NCBI GenBank assembly: GCA_051294905.1
Contig: CM119384.1
Location: 6,324,001 to 6,388,000, forward strand
DNA: 64,000 nt
Direction of reading: 5' to 3'
Source: Botryllus schlosseri
Taxonomy: Eukaryota
Made by a program: the position numbers and the translations under genes
In this document: positions 1-13,600 of the stretch, one piece after another
How positions within the stretch are numbered: position 1 is the first letter of the stretch
Layout: each line of letters begins with the position of its first letter
Notes under the pieces: generated by a model
Told to the model about the DNA's origin: nothing
Database searches by the model: none
The model's input: the letters and a program-made list of their open reading frames with translations, nothing else

Positions 1-265
1 TCGTCAAATCACTGGCTGCACATGGAACGAAGATTTAATAATGGGTTGCCCATAGTTTCGTTACACTTGAAATTTTGTGCGACATCTCATGCAAACAATT
101 GAAGGTTTTCGAATTGCAAAATCCACTAGAAACGTATAAACATACAACAGAAAACTCATTCAAACTGGGATATTTGCCCCTGATGGGATCTATACCAGTT
201 AATATATCAGGGTAAGACTACCACACAATTAAATTCAATCATCCGCACGCCGCAAGGTAACTCAC

Positions 266-3200
266 CTATTCCACAATTAACTCCGGTGTATCCAGGTCCG
301 CACGTACACGTGTAGTCCTCTTCATCCACGGCAGTGCATCTTGCCGAGTTCAGGCACGGATTTGGATTGCATGGACTTTGATCTGATTCACAAAGAGTAG
401 AGGATAACCACACAGAGAATCACTGACTTGCCATAACTTACAGCAGTTAGAGACGCCGTTGCCGATAAGGCCTGGGTTGCACTGACATCGGAATGCGTTT
501 CGGTCTCGAACACAAGTGGCATCGTTGTGACACGGGCGTCCGTAGCGTTCTTCGCATTCATCGATTCCTAGGAAGATCATTTGAATTTTTTGTAACCGTT
601 CATATCAGTAGTGTAAGCTTCAATGATTAGCCGTTTCCAGAAGTTATAGCTCAAAATAAGATTTCTGAAACCCGAGATATGTAACATTCATGCACTTATA
701 TATTTCTCTTTTGATTACAAGTGTGTCTGCTGGCCAGCATAGGTGGTCGGTAACATAGTACTTCAACTTTTTTAAATACTCCATTAGGTTTTGCCTACTT
801 GCACTTGCACAACTTAACTACCAACCGTGACTACTTTGACCATCTCTGCTGGCTGGGTAGATGTCAGCTACTGATAGGATTACTCAAAATGGTCATGTCC
901 CACAAATCCATTAGCGTTCAATGCAAGGTCAAATTTATGACACCTACCAAGAGGCGGTTAAACTATGATTATATATATCACAAAGTGTAGAAGACTGCAA
1001 TGCGGCCTGGAATGTTTGCATTTTTTCAAAGGTAAAGCTTCTCCGGACAACTGCTTCAGTAATATTTTCAAGAATGTATCGCATACTTGTACAACTTCTT
1101 CTGCCGTTGCCCCTGTACCCTTCCTTGCATTGGCAGACTCGTCTGCCTTGGCTCATTCTGCATAGCGCATCGGGATGACAGGTGCTGCCATCTGGCAATT
1201 GGCAAGGGTCGTCCGCAACCGCTCCTGAAAACGATTCCAATGCTTTGCATGACTTTGTAACACGTAACTACCACAATACAATACAGTTGCTTTATACGAT
1301 GGTCAAATGTGTGGTGTGATGATGAATGATTTACCCAGTTCTTATTGCACAGAATTAATGTTCATCCAAACAACATTTTTCCATCAGATCTTTTATATCA
1401 ACTCTAGTCAGGAAGCATCGTGAACATAAACGATTTGTCCACGATCTTTGAATTACTCCACAGCTATTGTATGAACTATAATAATGGCTACCATAGCAAA
1501 TGAATAATATAATCATATTAAAATACACTCGAATATTTTCGGCCAGTACCAGCAGAGAATTCAAGATAACTTTATATATCAATAGTCTTATCACCAAATA
1601 TGACATCACCGGCATAAAAATTTCCGCCAACCTAACGTGTGCGAACACAAGGAATTTGTGTAAAATCCAAAAATAGTACGCTGAGCATAAGCCATCTGTT
1701 TTCCTCAATTAGCCGTTTTTTTATGCCGGTGACATCATATTTGGTGATACGTCTTTAATGTACTTTGCATATTGTACTAATAGCGGCTGAGGATTAACTC
1801 TAACGAGTGTCAGATAAAAATAGTCAGGTTTATTTCAATATAAATATATCATTCAATTGTACATTGAAGTTTCAGTACCTCCAAGAGCTTCTTCACATAA
1901 ATATTTAGGATACTTCTTGTCATTCGAAAATCTTTCACGAATACATGTTATAGAGATTAATATCTCATCATGTACTCTAGTTACAAACCATGAATCATCT
2001 CTCCTATATTACGTAAAGCATCTTACTGCAAGAAAATCCATTGCCGGTATATCCAGACATGCATTCGCATCGGAATCGACTGGCCACGCCCGTCTTGCAT
2101 TCAGCGTTGACGTCGCATGCTCGTCCGCTCGCCCTCTCGCATGGAGACATTTCTGTTAATGGGAGATCGAATCAGATTTAATGCTCCAGCTTCATTTAAA
2201 GGTCACAATACCTTCGCACGTAAAACCGTTTCCTTTGTATCCGGCTTTGCATCTACATCTGTATTCGGAGCTGGAGTCCATTTGACACTCTGCGTTCACG
2301 TCACAGAACTGTCCGAGATTCTCTTCGCACGGATCTGTCACTAAATAGAAGCAAAGGTTCTCAAAGTAGCCACTCCAGTTGAAGTAAAAGGAACTGCGTA
2401 AAGTTATACTCAATTACAAGTAGAAGTACAAAACGGTATCGCAAGAAATCAAATAAGTAGCTTCCAACATCAGATTTGGTTGAGTTATACAGGGGCTATT
2501 CACTTCTTTGTAAAAAGTCAGTAGTTTTGGCTAAATAGCTGCCCAAGTAGAAACGGAAATAGTCTAAAATTGTAAACTCATGAGTAGGTGGAGCAAGTAG
2601 GCAAAATCTACTGGGGTACTCCAATTAGGAGAAGTACTTCGTTACTGACAATCTGTGAAAATATGGCAATTCGACAATTGTTAAAAAATTCTATCAATTT
2701 GTAACAAAATCGCACAATAATATCAGGAACGAAATTATGTTCGTTAAGGCACATACATTATTCTTGTGATGCCTAGTTTTGAAAATTCGTCAGCATTGTG
2801 ACTTGACTCGATTTAGTTCGAGGTAACTCTGGTAATAACGTGAGACAAATACGATAATAAGGTATAATGAGAAGCACAATTACCTATCTGGCAGTTCCGG
2901 CCTCTGTATCCGGCCATGCAATTGCAAGTGTAACCTCGGGCATTAGCGGCTCCTTGGCACCTACCGCCGTTTTGACACGGGCTGCTCCTGCAAGCGTCTG
3001 TGTTGCAAAGTAATACAATGCATCAACATGTGGACAACGTCATTTTATGTGCATGATTTCGCAGGCAATATTAAGTACCTGTTTCGCAGTTTCTTCCGAT
3101 ATATCCAACTGGACATAGGCAGGAGTAGGTATCCCCAGATACTACGCAGTCTGCTGATCGTTGGCATGGGTTGGGAGTACATGGATTGCGAGCTGCAAAA

Positions 3201-4612
3201 TGAAAATTATGTCAATTTTAGATCTAGAAAACAGTCATAGTCATATTTCAATCGAAGTAAAATGATCTTTCAACAACAGTAGTACGTTTGATGACTTGTC
3301 AGTAGAATTCGCGGGTGTCTAAAAATTTACGACTGACTTTTCGAATAAGTTATAATAACGAGTACTGTGAAGTTCAGTAGCACCATAAACTTTTATTGGT
3401 GCGGCACTCTTCCTAACACAATAGTTAGGAAGAGTGGTAGCATCCTTAGCCTCCACGCATTCCACTTTGGATTTGGTAAGCAATCTTGTGTGCATAAAAA
3501 ACTCTAATTTTATAATGCAGAGAGGAACCATAGTGAATTTATTCTTCGGCCGTAAATTAGGAGAGTATTACTATATTCAGTGTTATCTTATTTTGTGAAA
3601 ATGCTTGGAAATTAAATCAATTTGTCTAGCTACCTATCTCAAATGCCACTTTTACTACATCAAACTTATACTACATCAAAATCTCATCACGGGCTGTGTA
3701 CTTTGCCTCAAGAGTATCCTCCGTGTCGATAGAATGAACCGAAATTCTTTTTTACTTACATCTGCATTCCGACACGGGTACGCAAGTGTTATCTGTACCG
3801 CTGCGTTCCACTGACCCTTCGGGACAGACACAGAAGCTATCTCGGTTGCAGCCTCTATTACATATGGGACGTCGGTTGTCGCAGTTGGCCGGGCAATTTG
3901 TCGCGCATGGATTGAACACTCGGTTTCCAGGGCAACGCGCTGCAAAGAAAAAGTAGTGCTATCCACAGTATTGAGTGGTAGAGCTTGTGGTTCTTGAACA
4001 CTAGAGCATTTTGAGTTGGGCAGAACGATTTGGAAAATTGTGAAATTATGAAAGTTTAGCATTGTACAATTGTTTGTGATTATTATGCAACCAAGAAAGT
4101 GGACCATGACTAGGAAAAATGTTAAGAACGGCTGGTTTGGATCTAATGTAGAAATATATTCGACTAAATTTTGCTCACAATAGCACCGGTTCTGCTTTGA
4201 AAATTTTTCATGCAACAAAGATCATTTGCATTATTGGCCTGGAACGAATATTTATGCAGGCATAAATTGCAAGATTTATGCAATCTCCAATTCATTTCAC
4301 TTTAATTCACAGCCATTTTTACCAAATAATATAAATTAACGAAATTTTTCAGCATTTCTGATATCTATTATCTAATTAAGTGTTGTAAACATCCAAAATT
4401 CAACCGTATAGAAAAATTTACAGTCCAACCAATCAACGGTATTAGTATGTTTAAACTTTAAGATCAATATCACCAGGTTGAAATAATGTACTTACGGACG
4501 TTCTGACAACGTTCACCGCTGATAGGTGCCTGACAGGTACATTTGTATCCGAGTGGGCCAGGCACATTTTCGCAAAATCCACCGTTCAGGCAAGGATTTC
4601 GTTGACAAGGAG
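266..4612 (-). CDS. Distal EGF/TIL exons (EGF, TIL, 7x EGF)
   Basis: Exons 4496-4612, 3760-3939 (TIL: [18 protein letters not shown]...), 3079-3192, 2884-2997, 2212-2334, 2027-2152, 1087-1224, 442-567, 266-382. All are phase 1-1. Confidence 0.88.
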
Positions 4613-7600
4613 CTAAATGCAACATACCTGGTGTGATCACACGCCGGCACTACGAATGCTTTCTTTCAAAAATAATGAGCAAGAAATCTGGATATTGCCA
4701 GCGGATATCCAAACACAATGTATTGCGTACAATCGGGTCTATGAAATTGGGAGGGTGGAGACAAAGAAGAAATTGTCAAGTTGACAATGAGTGCATATTC
4801 TTTCTCTTTTTAGAAGTATGTTTGGTAGTCTCTTAAAATTTGGCAATCATCCCATAGTGAGAAAAATTGACGATCAACGCGGAGACCATGAATCTGCCTA
4901 TAAATATACACCACGCAGCTAATCTGATTATGATCATTCGTTACTTAGTACGACTTAAAGCGATGTATATCTTACCAACACCGCAATTAGGTCCTGTGAA
5001 TCCGTTCACGCATTGACAAGTGTATCCTCGGTCAGAGTTATCGTTGACACATTGGCCCGAGTTTCGGCACGGTCTCGAAAGGCACTGATTCGCTAGAAAT
5101 TAGATGAGATCACTCAATTTTCTTACTACAATTCGAACTGGCGTATTGCAATGAACGCTTCATGTATGAAATGAAAATGTAATGTAAAATTACTCACTCG
5201 GACAGCTGGAGATCGGTACGCACGTCTTATCTGTTGGGCTCAATTCCGCATATCCAGATCTACACATACAATATTGCGTAAGGCTGCAAGCTCTGTTGCA
5301 TCTGGGGAACAGCTCGACGCAATTCCTCGGGCAGTTGGTAGCACAATCTGTGTATTCCTGATTTGGGCCGCATATCGGCTCTGTAAATTAGTACCGGCAT
5401 ATTGAGAATAATGCGGACGGGATGATTTGTATTTTATTACGGTAGAATCAAATTTTTACTAACCGATTTCACAACGAGCTCCGCTGTATCCAATTCGGCA
5501 CTGACAACGGTAGCCTCTCGGGGAATCATTAGCTAAGCATGATCCTCTATTTCGGCAAGGATTGGGTCGGCATGGATCTCTGGGTGTGGGTGCTGGAGTA
5601 TCTGGAATAATAGAATCCTGTATTGTTTGCCGCCCGAATAGATCTGGTTGAGTACACAATCAGGCTCTAAACGGCATGCATTAAGAATGGTTTTGTACAA
5701 GATATTGTGTAAGATACACAGAATGTGATATTCCATATTTAGTTTTGCATTAAGGCATTACATTGTTGCTTACAGACCACTGTTTCCGCATTACATTCCT
5801 GCATAACCAACGTGGCATCAACAAGTGTATCTAGTAACTGAAGTGAAATTTTTATTCAGAATGCACAGAAAAGCATTTGGATTTTGTCATACTGCAGATC
5901 AGAAGGTATACGAAACAATTTTGCAATAAGTTCAGCTGAATCTACCTATTGGCAATGGTTGCCTTTCATAGAACCATCACCTAATCAGGTGCCTGTATTT
6001 TAGCATGGAATACATTGGAGCGGATTTCTGGGTGTGGCTGTTTAAAACATAAACCTGCATAAACCAGGCGCATAATTACTACATAAACCCAAATTAAGTT
6101 TTAATTATTTTGTTCGGTAAAATGCGTACTTCAAAAAATAATTGCCCCAGTAATCACACTACCGGAGATCGGAAATTATGCTTGGGGATCAGAGTTATTC
6201 CGAGCAACCCTGGTGGTAGTAGTTTGCCCCTGACATCCATAACCAAGACATACATTCCGATTTAGAGTGCAAATCAATGCTCACCAGGTGCTGGAGTCGT
6301 CGTTGGTGGTGGTGGTGGTGGGGCACTGCAGTCAATCAGAGGGGCTCCCTTGGGTGACGTGGTGCGCGGGATCCTTCTGCCACTCATCTTCTCGACGCAG
6401 TAGCATTCCTCAGTGACCGAATCGCATTGCCTAGGCTCGTAATTTCCGTCCATGTCGCAATTCATTGCCCGAGCCGCTGCTGGATTACTGGCCCTCATAG
6501 CTTTACGTGTCGCGCCACAAGTACCGTCAGCATAGACTCGTCTTTCTGTAGAAAATAAAATATGGATTGCAAACAATATGAATGAAACTATGACCATGGC
6601 TGGGCACAATGATTCGAGTATTGAGTTAATTTATCAATGAAATTATATCGCGATACTATTTTCCACTGTCAAAGGCTGTAAACCTCAAATAGTCGTATCA
6701 CAGCATAGGAAACATGTAGTACAAAGCTACGCATGTTACTAGAAATGACATATCTGCAAAGTTGCGTCGTGAATTGCAATGAAATAGGTATAGACGAAAA
6801 ATATCAATTTATCTTTATGTGGTGAAAAATTGGCATTCTTTTCTTTACGGTTGCATCAAATGTACATCCAAAACTTTCTACATCATCCATTCCCTTTTCC
6901 AAAAATCCAATAATCGTGATATTATATTTTCATCTGATCAAGACACACACAATGTACAATGTGATTAGACACAATGCGATGTAATGAACAGATAGGAGGA
7001 TGCGGTATGACGAGTTGCGGTCTCCTAATCTGGCATCCACCTCGGCTTACTGCCCGATGTCACAGTTCTTGTCGATGTTAATGTCTTGCTCTTTCCATTC
7101 CTTGTGAGTGCGTTCTTTCGTCGGGTCTTTTTGTTGGCTTTTTTGTCGCTGTAAGAACGGCGACGCGGGAGAAGAGGTGCCCTAATAAACCTCCGACGGG
7201 AAATCGAACCAGGACTGCCCGGGTAGCAGGCACTTATCGTCACCACCACGCAAACTCCCCTGCCCTGATGACGTCGTAATAAATGATACTCGAATACTCG
7301 ACTCGAAGCTCGATACTCGATTAATAATCGAATCACTCAGGTACTCAAGCTTACCCAGCCCTAGCTATGACGCGATCATACGTACCGCCTTCGTCGCAGT
7401 TGAGATTGAATTGGGAGGCACGCATTCTCGTGTCGTCAATTTCCTCCCCGGTCATCCTGTCGACACACCAGCAATGTTGCAGGAAGCCGTAGCATTGCCT
7501 TCTCTTGTAGGTTCCGTCTTCGTTGCAGTCAAAAGTCATGGCGTCCATCAGTCCCCTCACATCGCGATTTCCGGACTGGCAATTTTCTGGGGAATTAAAA

Positions 7601-10600
7601 CGTTTCTGCTGAGTATCGCTTCCCTGATTTCGGTGACGATTATATCTTCATGTTACACGGCTCCATTAAATAGTTCAGAACGTGTGACAAACGCAAGGGT
7701 TCAATGCTCAACATGTATTATTTTGGTTTGCAAAATTATCCAACAGCGGTTAGTAGTGACACTCTGAAAGAAATAGCTTCGGAATTAATGAAACATCGCT
7801 ATCAAACCAAATAGGGTCTATGGAGAACCCTATTCAGTTTTTCTAGTTTGTATTTTTTCAAGGCTCATGTCAATTGAGACTTACACGTCACTAAAACATC
7901 CTAATAGCTATCCGGAAGTTACCTTAGTAGATTACTGCCGGATACATGTCCCGATCAGAGTCAGCAAACAGCAAATTCATTTCTTTGTTATTATATGGCT
8001 GTACCAATGCAAATACCATTTAAATATTTGTTTTTCCTGAATAACTTGTTTTGCGGGGCTAATTCGCATTTCGGTAGATCTAATACAGAGGTCGCCAACA
8101 CTCATGCGGCAGGCAAGGTCATATTCTGCGACCCACGATCTCATTTTGAGATTTCGTATGAAGTTATATTAAAGCATGTTGAAATGCCGAAATTGATTTC
8201 AGTTTCAAAATATTGTTCTTGTTGTTCAATAGTAGCTTTTCTCCTGTGCCCAAAATCACTATGCCTCACTAGCTGAAACAGGTTTGGTGATGGCAACAGT
8301 GTTCCATCAAGGGAGAATCGGCTGATATGAATGGGCATATTGTCGCGATGTGCAATGGCCCAGACACTGCCAAGAACGATACGCTTAGACAACGGCTTGG
8401 GTCTTCCAGTATGATCAAACATTGCGAGGTGATAGTAATTCAGCTACTACTGTATCTCACTTGCCCTAGATTCCTAAGTCACTGAAAGGCGTTGTTATAT
8501 ATCAGTGGTCGGGAACCTATGGCTCGCGAGCCATATATGGCTCTTTTGGGTATAAGACAGGGGTGGGCAAACTACGGCCCGCGGGCCGCATGCGGCCCGC
8601 AACACCGTTCTGTGCGGCCCGCGAGAGTCTAAAGAAACTTTTTTTAAATATTGATAAAATGCGTACTAAAAATCGAATTAATGCAGGGACTTGATTAACT
8701 ATTTCTTAGTATATTTCACCATGATAATTCTAAGACAGTGGTTCTCAAACTGGTGGACACGCCCCCCTTGGGGGCGTGAAAGCATCTGAAAGGGGGCGCG
8801 AAGCTGAGCGCAACTGAAAAAAATTTTCGCGCTACGCGCCATTTATATCCAGTTCAAAATTTGTGTTCTGTATTTAGTCTTAATTACATATTTAAAAATC
8901 TCTCATCCACAGTCGGAACCTTCCATGCCATCAAACTACCCGTTAGGTTTGCTAGCATCCTGGTTGCGTTTTGTGACATGACGAGAAGGGGCGCGAAATC
9001 TTTTACCATCATAAGAGGGGGGCGTGTCTTAAAAAGTTTGAGAATCACTGATCTAAGGTAAATACTTAATATCACAGCGGGATAGCTGCAACGAGATTGA
9101 CATAATTTGGATCACGAGTGGGATTTCAGATTGGCCACTCCATTTTTAATTATTTCAGTGTTGTTCTTATAAAAAACGATTCGGGCGTGTCTTAGGTAGA
9201 TTCGTTTGTATGCGTAGAATTGGGGTATTTATATTTTATCAACACATATAGTGGAAGCGTGTTTGAAGCTAACATGGTTATGATGCTGTCAGCATTGTGT
9301 GTCCTGGAACTGAACCAAAAGTGAAATTAGTAAATCTATGTACAGATCGTTGCTCACAGATTTACATTTCAATCCTATTCTAAGAATCAGGCCAACCGAC
9401 CTTCATCTCTATAGTTTTGACAAATTGGTTATTGAGGTCCGCCAGCCTATGAAATCTCGCCACTATATGTTTCTGACGCGTGTACGATATCATCAAAGCA
9501 ACGTTTGGCTTGTTTTAAATAAGCACTTAGGTATATTATCTCCATGTCCTCACTAATCAAATATCAATATTGCGTTTTGGTTAATATTCCAAATTATATA
9601 TAGTGCGGCCCGCGAATGGATTCAGATGTTGAATGCGGCCCGCGATCTCAAAAGTTTGCCCACCCCTGGTATAAGATATGGCTCTTTGCCAAATATTTAT
9701 TTTTATACCGAAATGATCAATATTGCAGCGACTTGTTAGTAAATTTTCATCACGGCCAGAATAATTATTCTCGTGTCAGTATAAACATGTCTTTGAGAGG
9801 TAAAGACAATACCGTCTTCAGGTTTAGGGGCTCCGACCCCCTCTTTTTAAAATCATCAAATTTAAGTTATTGTCAAGCCAGCGGCCAATATCACTCGCAA
9901 AGTCTGTGTACCCGACACGAAATATTGATTTGTGCAATACGTTGATTAATCAAAGAGCATAGCAGACATAGCGACGCCCATATCAAAACGCATTTTTCAA
10001 ATACACATTGTCTTCCTGATCTACAGCGCGAAATGAACTGCTGTGGATGTGACATTCACAGTAACAAACTCGAATTACAAACGACGCCATAGCTATCCAC
10101 GTTATTGAGTGATGAGTATAGCTCTTTGTGGTACCGGCGATAAAATGTTGGCGTGTATAGCGCAACATTATGTTACCGCTGAATACTTTGAGAATTGAGA
10201 AGTCGACAAGTATTTCGATTTTCGGAATCAGTGTGACAGTCACATTCAATTAATATCAGTTGATAAATTCTAAGCTACTTACGATGAATTGCGTTATCAA
10301 TGTTGAGGCTTGGCCCGTGTGAGAAAATATGGCGCACACGAGGAATCCCATGTAGTGAGTTCGCATTGGGGCTATCATGACGTCACTAATTTTCAATTGT
10401 GACATAACAGTTGATTGGCATGTATGGCTCTTTGGGAGTTGAGATGGAAAAAAATAGGGCCAATATGGCTCTTCGGACAAAAAAGGTTCCCGACCACTGT
10501 TATATATCGTGCGCAGCTCATAGTTCAAAATAAAAGTGATGATCATGACACTTTCTGTTTTACCGTTACTTGTATTTCTTTGATAAAATATTATTTCTTT

Positions 10601-13600
10601 TGTGGATACTATGCTCATCGCTCACGTTAGAGAGCACAACCTTGTACTGAGGTAAACTTTAATAACGTATGTTACGTGTGTGGCCTATTTTGTCTCGATA
10701 TTGCATTCTTGCAGTTCGCAAGCCGTTTTGACTCGGCGACCTCCGATCAAACACGTTGTTTGGTGTTCGCCGCCTATAGAAAACCACTTACTCTTAACAT
10801 TGCAATTCCGTCCCATATAATCATCTCGGCAAGTGCAAGTGTACTGGTTGTCCCCTCCCCTGTTACACACGCCTCCGTTCCCACATGGGTTAGGTGAGCA
10901 CGGATCTGTTTGGGATACAATTACATCACAGTATAGGATAAGGGATTGATAAGTTTTTAAAATTTGACACAATAATACTTTGGAAATAGTATGGAAAAGA
11001 GTCCTCGATTATTGATACTTGAGGTTGCATAAAAGTGACTTAATCTCCTCACCACCAACTGTTAATGAGACGGGTGTTTATTTTTGTACCTTCCGCTCAA
11101 GTAAAAGAGATTTCTCCGCCAATAGTTTATGTAATATGATATTAAACCACAAGATGTATTATTGGAAAAAGTTTGAAATACGCAGGTGCTATCTCAGGAC
11201 ATTTCAGTCATCAATGAATACCAATAGCAATAGTACCCTTGTTGAACTGGTTAAACGGCAAGACCAAGACTTCATTGGAATGGGAAATGTGCCTCGATGT
11301 TTCTTATCATCAAATTTATTATTCTCAAACTGCACAGGTCAAACATAATGATCAAAATGAAATGTATAATTTTGTACTTGCCTGGACAGGCACTTATAGG
11401 GATGCAGGTCTTATCGGTGGTACTTCTTTCGACATAACCCTCCTTGCACACACAATACTGGTCGATGTTGCAGGCAAGATTGCAGAACGATACTGGGTTT
11501 CCGCAACTCTCCTGGCAGTTTGAGGCGCAGTCCGTGTAGACCTGGTTGGGTCCACAATCAGGCTCTGTCAATGACACACATTTTATCATTAGATTAAAAA
11601 ATATTTTGCATCTTTTAATCCATTTCCTATCTGGATTAACAGTAGGACATGATATAGTTAATGTAACTTACCATTTTCGCATCGCGGCCCGGTATAACCA
11701 ATGCGGCATTGACATGTGTATCCGGTAGCAGTATCAGAAAGTGTGCAGAAACCTCCGTTTTGACACGGATTCCGTTCACATGGCGCTGAAATATAACATT
11801 GACGATATTAGACACTACTGATGTGATGAGTTGGCATTATTTGTCGGTAAAAATAATTTTTTATTACTTTGGTGCAAGCAGCATTGTTGTGTTCACACAT
11901 TTATCAGCTATGTGGAGAAATGCGGTGAGCACTTGGATCTTGAGCTTGTCAGTTTTTATTAACCCAACGGGATGTAATTCATGAAATGATTCAATCTATC
12001 ATTTCAATTAGAATCAAGGCATTGCATGATCGCAACTTACAGTTTTCACAGCGTAGTCCTGTGTATCCGAAACGGCATTGGCAAGTGAATCCAGCTAGAG
12101 TATCAACATCTGTACAGACACCTCCATTTTGACAAGGATTTGATCTACACGATGCTGAAAGATAATAGCGGCTATTCAGTATCAGTATCAGTATCAGTTA
12201 ATTATTATTTTCATCATTTCAAAACATCACAAAACTGCGATACAATGAAAAGATAGGGAGGTGTCGAAACGACTTGGAGTAGTCCTTGAGATCGGACACC
12301 CACCTTGGCCTAGTTACAGAATTTGCATTGGGGACTAGGCTGACCGACTCATTCCAAAATGGAGTTTAGGTTCCATTATTTTCGATAAGCATAATTTGAT
12401 GTTGTGCAACGTAATACCGAATCACAAATTACGTATAAGTCACAAAGTAAGTCATCAAGTATAGGCCCATTGTCTTTTCAATGACATTTCACATCTACAA
12501 GCATTTCAGTCAATGTATTAATGTAAATTGTGGTCAATCATAAACATGTATGAGGTAATGCCCCACCTTATTCTCCTATCCTACAAAATTGGACGCACAG
12601 ATATCATTTTCAAATCAATTTTGTCTCACTAAAGTCAGTTATGGCTGTTGAACATCAAATATCTGCTGGCTCAAAATTGGCACTAGCTCATTATTATTAT
12701 GTTGCAAATCACAAAAGACACAAAAGGATTAGGTTGACTACAGTGAAGTATTTTTTTATGATACGTCATTTTTCAATCATTCTTAAGCACAACTCGGTTT
12801 AATTTTTCGGCTGACATCACTCATGTCAATGTGGCTGCCCAATAAATGGTCATTGGTCAGTCTATCGAAGGCAAAATATCGATGTCTAAATTCTGACTTA
12901 ATGTAGTGAACCCACCGTTATATGTATGACTGAATGTATTTCGGAAGTTAAGACTTACTCAGTACTCTACGGTCAACAATCTCGTCGCAATTGATGCTAG
13001 GTTCACCAGGACGCGTTGTCGTGTCGGCTCTTCTCTCCCCGGTCTGTTGGTTCACGCACCAACATTCCCCGGTCGACGGGTGGCATTGTGTTGTACGGTA
13101 ATTTCCGTCAAGATCACAAGTGACGATGTACCGTCCCACCACAGAGGGAGACGCATTGCTTCTCATTTGACGTCTTCTTGCGCCGCAGCTGCCAGCAGCC
13201 CAAACTCGGCGCTCTGTATGACAATGGGAACATGTAGCTCGGCGATAATGTATCTTGCTATAAAAACTTTGGGAGAAGATTTCAATCAAATGGAAAAACA
13301 TGACGCTTCATGACTTAAATATCAATATAAAAATGAGTTCATGAAAATATATCTGTACTATTTTATTACAGTTTGTCACCTATTTTTTAAACTTTTTTAT
13401 GGTGTGCAGGTAATTGTTTCATCTAGTTTGATTGATAGCAGTAAATATGCCACATAATCTCTATATTACATTCATATCAGAACATTTAATTATTTTAATG
13501 CCATATAGGGATATATATGACTGCGTGATGCAACCACCTGACTTAATGACATTACGGTCGTACCACCGGCCACCATTTCACCGAATGATATTCCGTTATT

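Larger units (their letters stand above)
8503..10499. mobile_element. hAT MITE, outer element of a 3-level nest
   Basis: TIRs CAGTGGTCGGGAACCT / AGGTTCCCGACCACTG; perfect TSD TTATATAT; TATGGCTC subterminal repeats. Confidence 0.92.

Noticed and set aside
10-130. Terminal coding exon (VDFAIRKPSIVCMRCRTKFQV*)
   Set aside because: A phase-compatible AG and a stop exist, but the peptide has no domain signature. It cannot be distinguished from intron without transcripts.
3676-4218. 180-aa minus-strand ORF as a novel domain
   Set aside because: It is an off-frame shadow. The real exon (3760-3939) is in another frame and encodes a canonical TIL with proper splice sites.
5255-5285. Apparent loss of a TIL cysteine (possible free thiol)
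   Set aside because: Re-reading gives CAA TAT TGT ATG TGT (QYCMC); all ten Cys are present.
7190-7262. tRNA-Asp gene
   Set aside because: A and B boxes are present, but the acceptor and anticodon stems do not form convincingly and it continues into a LINE-like tail, so it is better explained as a SINE head.
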